Under the pieces are notes generated by a model. It ran no database searches. It worked only from the letters and a program-made list of their open reading frames with translations, and was not told the DNA's origin. The position numbers and the translations under genes were made by a program. A stretch of DNA of 11,609 nt. It comes from Octopus sinensis. Its lineage: Eukaryota. Shown here one piece after another: positions 1 through 9,100 of the stretch; position 1 is the first letter of the stretch; every line of letters begins with the position of its first letter. The DNA lies in assembly GCF_006345805.1 (NCBI RefSeq), contig NW_021826962.1:1-11609 (forward strand), read 5' to 3'.

Positions 1-122
1 ATCATCATTTTCATCATCATCATCATCAACATCATCATTATCATCATTTTCAACATCATCATCATCATTGTCATCATCATCATCATCATATTATCATCAG
101 TCATCATTATCATCATCATCAT
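1..122. repeat. Degenerate (ATC)n trinucleotide microsatellite, running off the window edge
   Basis: atcatcatt/atcatcatc units are continuous from base 1 to ~122. Confidence 0.95.
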
Positions 123-340
123 AGAGAACAGCACCATTTCGAGGGTTGGTGATGCATTTGTTTCCAGTCTTCCATGAAAAAAATAGAAAGTGGGCGAAAC
201 ATATCTGGCCATGGGGTAGTATTATGCTGCTTGCAAACAGTTGAGAGTTGGTGACAGGAAGTGCATCCGGCTATTGAGAATGTGTCCCATCTGACCAAAA
301 AAGAATTCCATTCAAACCCATGGAAAAGATGTTAGATTGA
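123..340 (+). mobile_element. Decayed 3' half of a SINE/retroposon ending in a (GAT)n tail
   Basis: The motifs 'ctggccatgggg', 'gttggtgacaggaagtgcatccggc' and 'cccatggaaaagatgttaga' lead directly into (GAT)n. This resembles the 3' end of an octopus retroposon family as I recall it (GACAGGAAGGGCATCCGGC...ATGGAAAAGTGGACGTTAAA(GAT)n). No second copy exists in the window to confirm it. Confidence 0.45.
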
Positions 341-1050
341 TGGTGATGATGGTGATGATATTGGCAATGGTGACAATGATGATGATGATGAAGTGGATGA
401 TGATGAAAAAGATGATGATGAAAAGGATGATGTTGAAGATGATGGTGATGATGATGATGAAGTGGATGATGATGAAAAGGATGATGATGATGGTGATGGT
501 GTGAGGATGATGAAGAGGATGGGGATGATGGTGATGAGGATGATGATGGTGAAGTGGATGATGATGAAAAAGATGATGATGAAGATGATGGTGATGGTGT
601 GAGGATGATGGTGATGAGGATGATGATGATAAAGTGGATGATGATGAAGATGATGGTGATGGTGTGAGGATGATGATGATAATGATGATGATGAAGTGGA
701 TGATGATGAAAAGGATGATGATGAAGATGATGGTGATGGTGTGAGGATGATGATGATGATAATGAAGAGGATGAGGATGATGGTGATGGTGTGAGGAAGA
801 TGACGATGATTATGATGACAATGAAGATGATGGTGATGAGGATGATGATGATGAAGTGGATGATGATGAAAAGGATGATGACGATGAAGAGGATGATGAT
901 GATGGTGACGATGACAATGAAAGTGGCAGCGATGATGGTGAGGGTGGTGGAAGATGATGATGGTGAAAGATGATGATTGCTGTAGTGGTGATGTTGATGA
1001 TGATACTTGTGGTGATGATGATGATGATGATTATGATTATCACGATGATG
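338..1050. repeat. Compound (GAT)n array with a higher-order unit of ~60-100 bp
   Basis: The GAT backbone carries recurring landmarks: 'aagtgg' (~391, 460, 552, 632, 694, 854, 921) and 'ggtgatggtgtgagg' (~492, 590, 655, 732, 782). Confidence 0.9.
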
Positions 1051-1158
1051 CCAATGTTGATTCTATTTGTAAATTTCTCATCCTTGTATTCGAAAACCAA
1101 GAAGTGCATATGTGCTTGTCTGTTTGTGTGTATACATCAATGTGTGTATGTGTGTGTG

Positions 1159-1384
1159 TGGGCAGAAACGTTAGCATGCCGGGCGAAATGCTTAGTGGTA
1201 TTTCGTCTGCCATTACGTTGTGAGTTCAAATTCCGCCGAGGTCGACTTTGCCTTTCATCCTTTCGGGGTCGATAAATTAAGTACCAGTTACGCACTGGGG
1301 TCGATGTAATCGACTTAATACCTATGTCTGTCCTTGTTTGTCCCCTCTATGTTTAGCCCCTTGTGGGTAATAAAGAAATAGGTA
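1159..1384 (+). mobile_element. tRNA-derived SINE, family 1, tail a; lacks the first ~10 nt; inserted in a (TG)n tract
   Basis: Near-identical to 10755-10980. It has an A-box-like 'tggcagaaacg' and a B-box-like 'gagttcaaattcc', and ends in 'taataaagaaataggtat'. It is flanked by 'gtatgtgtgtgtgtg' at 1146-1160 and 1382-1396 (possible TSD, but low complexity). Confidence 0.9.
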
Positions 1385-1411
1385 TGTGTGTGTGTGTGTG
1401 TGTGCATGCGT

Positions 1412-1673
1412 TTACCCAACAACTCCTAACAGCTCTATCTGCAACGATTTCATCTCAATCGAAGGAGAGGGGCTTTCTCCGTCCGGGTTGCGGATCCATG
1501 GAATAATCTCCCGGACGAGATAGTGAAGATGCCGATGACCGCCCGGTTCAAAGATTCCCTTGACCACAAGTGGCCTGAACTCTTTACATGAACACCACCC
1601 TGTACATAACTCCATGACCCCTACATGGCCTTGCTTTTTGCTTTTTGAGCCAAAAATTTAACTAACTAACTAA
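1412..1673 (+). mobile_element. 5'-truncated CR1-type LINE 3' end: ORF2 C-terminus, short 3' UTR and (TAAC)n tail
   Basis: Bases 1430-1591 translate as QLYLQRFHLNRRRGAFSVRVADPWNNLPDEIVKMPMTARFKDSLDHKWPELFT*. This matches the CR1/L2-group ORF2 terminal pattern (F)SxRVxxxWNxLPxExV....FKxxLD. There is an in-frame TAA at 1427 and the tail 'taactaactaactaa' at 1659-1673. The ORF track misses it because it has no start codon. Confidence 0.85.
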
Positions 1674-1980
1674 GTATTCATGGTAGAATTGAACAAAACA
1701 CTTTACAATTTTAGAATCTCAGTTCAATCCCTACTGAGATCACCTTCACATTTTTCCATCCTCAGAGCTGTGATGGAAACAAGGCCTTCCCCCACAAACT
1801 ATTGCCTCTCCATGTGTTTGATGATGTGTGTTTCACAAAATTTTCGGCTTTCTGCTTCTCATGTCAGTAATCAATGGTTGTGAGTAATGAAGAACGTCAG
1901 AGGCCTCTACTTAAGATGTTCGACTTTTTACTAATCACCTTCTTTTGTATGAAGTTACAGTAAATATTATGAGTAAATAC

Positions 1981-2115
1981 GTGCATGCATGCATGCATAT
2001 TCATATATCTGTGTGTGTGTGTGTATGTGTGTATATATCTATACATACATGCATTCATGCTTATATATATAATATATATATATATATATGTTGTGTGTGT
2101 GTGTGTATATATATA

Positions 2116-2155
<40 letters not shown>

Positions 2156-2494
2156 ACACATATATGAATATTATATATTGTATAATATGTAATATTTAAT
2201 ATATATGTATATTACACATGCATATATATATATGTATATATATATGCATATATTATTATATTATATAATAATATATCTATTATAAAACATGCATAAATAT
2301 ATGACATATATATTATGTATATATATATTATACATGCATTATATATATATATTATACATTATATATTGTACCCGTATGTTATATGCACAATATATAAGTA
2401 TTTAGTTGACAGACTTTATCTAGGTATATATTAAATGTACATATACATATATATATATTAACATATATATATATATAATATATATATATATATA

Positions 2495-2530
<36 letters not shown>

Positions 2531-2608
2531 TATATACTATATATATATATACATAATATACATATATATGTATATATACATATATACATATATATATATA
2601 TGTATATA

Positions 2609-2665
<57 letters not shown>

Positions 2666-2887
2666 ACATGTATATGTATATATTATTATATATGTATGTA
2701 TGTATGTATGTATACATGTATCATACATAATATATATATATATATATATGTATGTATACATGTATATGTATATATATATATATATATGTATGTATTATGT
2801 ATGTATACATCTATAATATATATATATATATATGTATATAACATATGTGTGTGTTGTATATATATATACACACACACACACACACAT
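1981..2887. repeat. Long compound (TA)n/(TATG)n/(TG)n/(CA)n microsatellite field
   Basis: About 900 bp of alternating purine-pyrimidine repeats. This is the source of the Y/I/C/V-rich ORFs on both strands. Confidence 0.95.
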
Positions 2888-2968
2888 GGAAAATTTTACA
2901 ATATACACCAGGAGAATTTTGCAAATTTTCTACACTCTATTTTATATAAATTTTCTAATATATATATA

Positions 2969-3295
2969 TTTTTTTTTTTTTTTGAACTTCAAACTGCACT
3001 CATTTTACACTTCTACTTCTTGTTCTTCTTCTTCTTGTTCTTCTTGTTCTTGTTCTTAATATTTTCTTTTTTTTTATCCATTTCTTCATATTGCTTCTTT
3101 TTTCCTCACACATTGCCGCCATTCCTTCAGACACCAATCTCAAAGCACTTCAATTTATCTCTTGCTCTCTCCCTCTCTCTCTCTCTCTCTCTTTCTCTTT
3201 GTCTGTCTTACTCTCTCTCTCTTTCTCTCTCTCTCTCTCGTTCGCTCTCTCTTTCTCTTTCGAGCTCATTTTTTATTCCTTCTTCTTCTTCTTAT
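2969..3295. repeat. Pyrimidine-rich cluster: T15 (2969-2983), (TTC/TTG)n (~3009-3058), (CT)n (~3158-3260), (TTC)n (~3278-3295)
   Basis: Read directly from the sequence. Confidence 0.9.
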
Positions 3296-3353
3296 TCTCG
3301 GTGTTGTTATTGTTGCTGACCACTTACCGAATTTCTTTCGATATCGTGCTTTG

Positions 3354-3869
3354 TATGTAACGTATGTGTATATACACATGTGTATTACATTCTTGTATGT
3401 ATATATTGTGTATAGGTACATCAGATAAATATATACATACACACACACACACACACGCCACACATATATATATGCACACACATACATATATATATATACA
3501 TATATATACATACATATACATATATATATACACACATTATGTATTTTATATATATATATATATAGTCAATATGTATATTATCATCTTCATCGTTGTCATT
3601 TAATGAGTATATATATTTGTTAAATGATGTTAAATGATATAATAGATATTGGCGTATGTGTGTGTGTATAATATATATATATGTATGTATGTATGTATTT
3701 ATGTATATATGTGTATATGTATATATATATATATATAATATGAGTATATATATGTATGTATATATTATATATATGTATATGTATACATATATATGTATGT
3801 ATATATATACATATATATATATATATGTATGTATGTATGTATATGTATATATGCATGTATATATATGTT

Positions 3870-3900
<31 letters not shown>

Positions 3901-4090
3901 TGCTCAAACATATATACACATTTATATACACACACATACATACATGAAACCTCTGCTATATTTTTCTTTTGGCTGAAATCTTTTATCTTCACACAACTCA
4001 GATCCATTCTGTTTTTTATGGTTCTTTTCTTAATTCTTTCAAACGAACCATTCTTCATATATATATATATACATATCTATATATGCATAT
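3354..4090. repeat. Compound (TA)n/(CA)n/(TATG)n microsatellite blocks (~3354-3565, ~3654-3945, ~4058-4090)
   Basis: Read directly from the sequence. Confidence 0.9.
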
Positions 4091-4352
4091 CTCTTATAAA
4101 TATCTCTTTATCTATTCCTTCTTAATGCATATAAGCATTTTTTTTTCTTTCTAAAAAATCATTCTTATGTTTTGTTTCCCTAATTGTCATTGTTGTTTAT
4201 TGTTGTAATTAAATATTATGATTCTTATTGTTTTTCTATACATTATAATCATAGGCACTCTCGTTTGCTTTTTGGTAAGTGTTTGAAAATGTAAGTCCGT
4301 AGCATGACTTGAACACCTGGCTTTTGGTTCCCGTATTATTTATTATTGGATA

Positions 4353-4415
4353 GGAATCCCTATGAGTCAAATGTTTTTTTTGGAATCATTATGAGTCAAA
4401 TGTTTTATTGGAAGC
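4353..4415. repeat. 29-bp-period tandem duplication; each unit carries TGAGTCA
   Basis: 'ggaatc..tatgagtcaaatgtttt' starts at 4353 and 4382, and 'ggaagc' follows at 4410. TGAGTCA lies at 4363-4369 and 4392-4398. Confidence 0.8.
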
Positions 4416-4513
4416 AATATGTATCGATATTATATCTTCATATTTTTCTAATCTCTTATGCATTTCCATGATTCCCTACTCTATCAGAAAGTTTCGTTAC
4501 TGTTAAATTTATC

Positions 4514-4662
4514 ATTCGATAGTCCGCTGGGTGAAATCCTTTTTGGCATTTCATCCAGTATTACATTCCAGGTTCAAATTCCACTGAGAGCTGACTTTGC
4601 TTTCGATCCTTTCAGGGTCAATCAAATAAGTACCAATAAGACCTTGTACCTATAATAGAAAT
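4514..4662 (+). mobile_element. Old, internally deleted family-1 SINE, tail b, followed by (ATT)n
   Basis: 'ggtgaaatcc..ggcatttcatc..ggttcaaattccactgag..gactttgctttcgatcctttcagggtcaatcaaataagtacca' aligns to the family-1 core. 'ccttgtacctataatagaaatga' matches the tail at 6059-6082. Confidence 0.75.
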
Positions 4663-4668
4663 GATGTA

Positions 4669-5390
<722 letters not shown>

Positions 5391-5391
<1 letters not shown>

Positions 5392-5836
5392 GAGTGAGAG
5401 AGCAGTTCATGCCATCAAAGTGACACTGGGGTAAAATATATGAAGCCCAATATACCCATCATGACTACCCGTCTGATAAGGGTATACCAGGCACATGCGT
5501 CACAACCATATGTGTGCGACATGGTGATCTCATATCAAGATAAACAGCACATGACCTTGCAGGTGGGGCCCAGTTAGAATTTTCTTCAGGTTGAGTAGCC
5601 CATCCCGCTCAAACGGTCCCTGAATAAGGGTTGTTTAAGGATGTTGAAATAACCACCCATGTTTCCAGAGGTGAAATATCCAAACCCCAAAGAATCCCTC
5701 TCAACACATGGCTATGATGCTCCCCCACTACTTCTGCTCATGATCAGAGATGCACGTATTGTCAGCCACTAAGGGACATAGTCAATAGGTTAAGGTCAAA
5801 CAACTGACAAGCAAATCTGTTCGTATTGAGCAGAAT
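5391..5836 (-). mobile_element. Interspersed element copy B, in tandem with copy A (period 463 bp)
   Basis: Same start and the same end ('gtattgagcagaat' then (ATT)n) as copy A. (ATT)n spacers lie at 5359-5391 and 5835-5862. Confidence 0.75.
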
Positions 5837-5868
5837 TATTATTATTATTATTATCATCATCATATGAA

Positions 5869-6080
5869 GATGGTGAGCTAGCAGAATCGTTAGCATATTG
5901 GATGAAATGCTTAGCGGTATTTTGCCCATCTTCATGTTCTGAGTTCAAATTCTGGTGAGGTCAACTTTGTCTTTCATCCTTCCAGGGTCGATAAACTAAG
6001 TACCAGTTACATACTGGGGTTGATCTAATCGCCTGGCCTGCTCTCCAAAAATTTTAGGCGTTGTGCCTAGAGTAGAAATG

Positions 6081-6082
<2 letters not shown>
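5869..6082 (+). mobile_element. Family-1 tRNA-derived SINE, full length, tail b
   Basis: Head 'gatggtgagctagcagaatcgttagc', B-box-like 'gagttcaaattct', tail 'ttgtgcctagagtagaaatg' followed by (ATT)n. Confidence 0.85.
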
Positions 6083-6112
<30 letters not shown>

Positions 6113-6178
6113 TCTATTATTATTATTATTATTATTATTATGATTATTATTATTATTATTATTATTATTATAATTATA
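6081..6178. repeat. (ATT)n microsatellite (SINE tail)
   Basis: Read directly from the sequence. Confidence 0.95.
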
Positions 6179-6182
6179 TGAA

Positions 6183-6405
6183 GGCAGTGAGCTGGCAGAA
6201 TCGTTAGCATGTTGGACGAAATGCTTATTGGTATTTCGCCGTCTTTATGTTCTGAGTTCAAATTGCACCGTGGTTGATTTTGCTTTTTATCCTTTTGGGG
6301 TCAATAACATAAGTACTAGTGAAACACTGGGATCGATGTGATCGATTTAACCCCACCCCCCAAAAAAAATTTCGAGCCTTCTGCCTATAGGTGAAAGGAT
6401 TTATA
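6183..6405 (+). mobile_element. Family-1 tRNA-derived SINE, full length, tail b-like
   Basis: Head 'ggcagtgagctggcagaatcgttagc', 'gagttcaaatt', tail 'gccttctgcctataggtgaaaggatt'. Confidence 0.85.
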
Positions 6406-6606
6406 ATTACCTGTGACTTACTCTGAATTTGTAGTTGCAGTCTGACTAACGACAAGAACTAAAAGAAATTTCCTTTCCTTTGGTGGGTTTGTGTAATCCT
6501 CGGTGTTGTTCCATCATTAGCATCAACACCTGGACTCACCCCTCTCTCAAATCCTGGGATCCATAGGGTTGGTTACCTGGTTTCCTTGATGTATAAGTAA
6601 ACCAAG

Positions 6607-6984
6607 GCGCAATGGCCCAGTGGTTAGGGCAGTGGACTCGCGGTCATAGGATCGCAGTTTCGATTCCCAGATCGGGCATTGTGAGTGTTTATTGAGCGAA
6701 AACACCTAAAGCTCCACGAGGCTCCGGGAGGGGATGGTGGTGATCCCTGCTGTACTCTTTCACCACAACTTTCTCTCACTTTTACTTCCTGTTTCTGTTG
6801 TACCTGTAATTCAAAGGGCTGGCCTTGTCACTCTCTGTGTCACGCTGAAGATCCCCGAGAACTACGTTATGGGTACATGTGTCTGTGGAGTGCTCAGCCA
6901 CTTACACATTAATTTCACGAGCAGGCTGTTCCGTTATTCGGATCAACCGGAACCCTTGTCGTCATAACCACGGAGTGCTTTCAC
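6607..6984 (+). mobile_element. Full-length tRNA(Arg-like)-derived SINE, family 2, with a perfect 14-bp TSD
   Basis: TSD 'ataagtaaaccaag' at 6593-6606 and 6985-6998. A box 'tggcccagtgg' at 6613-6623 and B box 'gtttcgattcc' at 6657-6667. The head resembles eukaryotic tRNA-Arg; the described octopus tRNA-Arg SINEs OR1/OR2 are candidates, but the assignment is unverified. Confidence 0.9.
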
Positions 6985-6998
6985 ATAAGTAAACCAAG

Positions 6999-7150
6999 AT
7001 CACAACATCCCCCCCAGAATCAGTTGCTAGGTTACTCAGTAACAGCTGAGTGGACTGGGGCAATTTAAGAAAGCACTCAAGAACATAAGACACCACGCCA
7101 TTCAGGAGGCGAAACCATGGTCTTGCTATTGTGAAAACAATGCTCTTATC
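6999..7150 (-). mobile_element. Old decayed SINE (5' part), interrupted by the family-2 SINE
   Basis: The minus strand reads 'taagagcattg..cacaatagcaagaccatggtttcgcctcctg..gtgtcttatgttcttgag..ttgccccagtccactcagctg': a worn tRNA-like head plus a central motif typical of invertebrate SINEs. Confidence 0.5.
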
Positions 7151-7416
7151 ACAAGGTCTTGTGCCTTCACAGTGTTACATAGAATGCCCCCAAATGGTCT
7201 ATCGGGTAGCCTTCACCTAGTTCAGGGTACTTTTCTCTTTGTTATTTTATGCTTTGTTCTCACAGCTATTTATTGTTATTTTATTTTTGTATAAGTGTTT
7301 TTCATTGTTATTGTTGATATCTCCTCTTTACTTGATATAGATTCCATAATGTGTTTGTAATATGTTGCTGTAATTGTCAACATCATCTAAGGTTTTTTTG
7401 TTGCCAACAAAAGACA

Positions 7417-7440
7417 ATTATCATTATTATTATTATTATT

Positions 7441-7475
<35 letters not shown>

Positions 7476-7491
7476 TATTATTATTATTATT
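7417..7491. repeat. (ATT)n-(ATC)n-(ATT)n compound microsatellite
   Basis: Read directly from the sequence. Confidence 0.95.
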
Positions 7492-8025
7492 GAGTGAGAG
7501 AGCAGTGCATGCCATCAAAGTGACACTGGGGTAAAATATACAAAGTCCAGTATACCCTTCATGACTACCCATCTGATAAGGGTACACTAGGCACATGCAT
7601 CACAACCATATGTGCGCGACATGGTGATCTCATACCAAGATAAACAGCACATGACCTTGCAGGTGGGGCCCAGTTAGAATTTTCTTCAGGTCGAGTAGCC
7701 CATCCCACTCAAAAGGTCCCTGAATAAGGGTCATTTAAGGATGTTGAACGAAACACCCATGTTTCCAGAGATGATTATTCAAGCCCCAAAGAATCCCTCT
7801 CAACAAATGGCTATGATGCTTCCCCACTACTTCTGCTCGTGATCAGAGATGCACATACCGTCAGCCACTAAGGGACATGCTCAACTGGTTTAGGGCAAAA
7901 AAACTGACAAGTAAATCTGAGGTATTGAGCAGAATATTTGCTGTAGCCCATCTTTTATACCAGGACAAAAAATGTACATGATAACACTTCCAATCAGTTA
8001 AGATCAGAAGCCACGAGAGCCACTG
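7491..8025 (-). mobile_element. Interspersed element copy C, the longest; extends ~90 nt beyond the A/B breakpoint
   Basis: Aligns with A/B over 7491-7935, then continues 'atttgctgtagcccatc...gagagccactg'. (ATT)n lies on both sides (7417-7491, 8044-8099). The exact right end is uncertain. Confidence 0.75.
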
Positions 8026-8043
8026 CTGTAACTACATCATGGC

Positions 8044-8067
8044 ATTATTTTATTATTATTATTATTA

Positions 8068-8099
<32 letters not shown>
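8044..8099. repeat. (ATT)n microsatellite
   Basis: Read directly from the sequence. Confidence 0.95.
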
Positions 8100-8100
<1 letters not shown>

Positions 8101-8185
8101 GGGGGCAAGCTGGTAAAATCATTAGCAAGTACTGGGACAGATTTGTTAGACTAAAGCTATCAAGATATTTGCTCCAGCATGGCCA
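8099..8185 (+). mobile_element. Short chimeric or deleted SINE: family-1 head joined to the tail found on the family-3 SINE
   Basis: 'ggcaagctggtaaaatcattagc' (family-1 head) is followed by 'aagtactggg..gatttgttagactaaa..tgctccagcatggcc', which matches the reverse complement of 9133-9206. Confidence 0.6.
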
Positions 8186-8266
8186 TTCTCCACATATGTC
8201 AAGTCAAAATTGAAAGATAATTACAATGTGACAAGGTTCCACTTTTGAATTACAATCCATCGAAAA

Positions 8267-8400
8267 GGCTTCTGCACAGTTTCCACCCCTTACATAGTTT
8301 CAGTCACAAAGGCTTGAGTTATGCAGAGGCTGGATTAAAAAATACTTACCAAAAATGCCATGCACAGGAATTGAACTTGAGACACTATGACTGCGAACCA
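8267..8400 (-). mobile_element. Old decayed family-3 SINE, 5' portion
   Basis: 'ggcttct..cagtttcc..tcacaaaggctt..gaggct..tacttaccaaaaatgccatgcacaggaattgaac' aligns loosely with 9333-9440. Confidence 0.55.
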
Positions 8401-8403
8401 TTC

Positions 8404-8592
8404 AATCTTTTCTACTCTAGGCACAAGGCTTGAAATTTTGGGGGAGGGGGCCAGTTGATTAGATTGAACCCCGGTATGCAACTGATACTTAATTTATATA
8501 TATTAGATCAACCCCATTATGCAACTGGTACTTAATTTATCAATCCTGAAAGGACGAAAGGCAAAGTCGACCTTGGTGTAATGTGAACTTCA
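8404..8592 (-). mobile_element. 5'-truncated family-1 SINE, tail b, with an internal ~40-bp tandem duplication (8458-8497 / 8502-8540)
   Basis: The reverse complement matches 5941-6082, including 'ccttgtgcctagagtagaaaag'. The segment 'attagat..aacccc..tatgcaactg.tacttaatttat' is present twice. Confidence 0.85.
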
Positions 8593-8611
8593 GTCATGCT
8601 GTATCCACTCA

Positions 8612-8612
8612 A

Positions 8613-8655
<43 letters not shown>

Positions 8656-8911
8656 TACACACATACAAACATACACGCACACACACACACATATACACAT
8701 ACACAAATGTACAGGCTGTCCTCAAAGCTATCAAAGGATTTGTAATTCTGATGACCTATTAATTATATTCACCTTAAATAATTAACAAGCATATGTTATT
8801 TGATTTTTAGTTCCTTGGTTTCCTTCGGGACCCCATGACTGTGCTTATGTATGTAGGATGTATGTATGAATGTATGTGTGTGTGAATGTGTGTGTGTGGA
8901 TGTGTATAATT

Positions 8912-8948
<37 letters not shown>

Positions 8949-9081
8949 CATATATATATCTGTATTTGTTTCTGGTTATATATCTATATAGGTGTATACA
9001 TACATGCATAAATATATAGCTGTATATCTTTCTGCTTATATGCTTATATAGGTATTCCTGTATACACACACACATACACAT
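8612..9081. repeat. (CA)n block (~8612-8706) and (TG)/(TA)/(CA) blocks (~8846-9081)
   Basis: Read directly from the sequence. Confidence 0.85.
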
Positions 9082-9100
9082 TAGTATATATTTTAAAAAA

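Noticed and set aside
393-1275. Asp/Glu-rich and Met-rich ORFs (393..602, 791..973, 810..1109, 954..1223, 970..1275) as an acidic or biomineralisation-type protein
   Set aside because: They are translations of the (GAT)n array. Recurrent 1-nt phase slips break any long frame, and the C-termini run into a SINE.
1412-1615. Minus-strand 67-aa ORF MELCTGWCSC...
   Set aside because: It is the antisense shadow of the plus-strand CR1 ORF2 terminus.
3322-3350. Minus-strand consensus donor (CG|GTAAGT; plus strand 'acttaccg' at 3322-3329) in a locally CpG-rich patch
   Set aside because: There is no polypyrimidine tract or convincing acceptor upstream on that strand. A lone 6-mer is expected by chance, although a first-exon donor cannot be excluded.
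6607-6680. Functional tRNA gene
   Set aside because: The acceptor and T stems do not pair properly, there is no oligo-T terminator, and the sequence continues 300 nt to a TSD, so it is a SINE head.
7229-7265. Strong-looking splice acceptor 'ttttctctttgttattttatgctttgttctcacAG'
   Set aside because: It is followed by T-rich low-complexity sequence with no good donor or coding signal.
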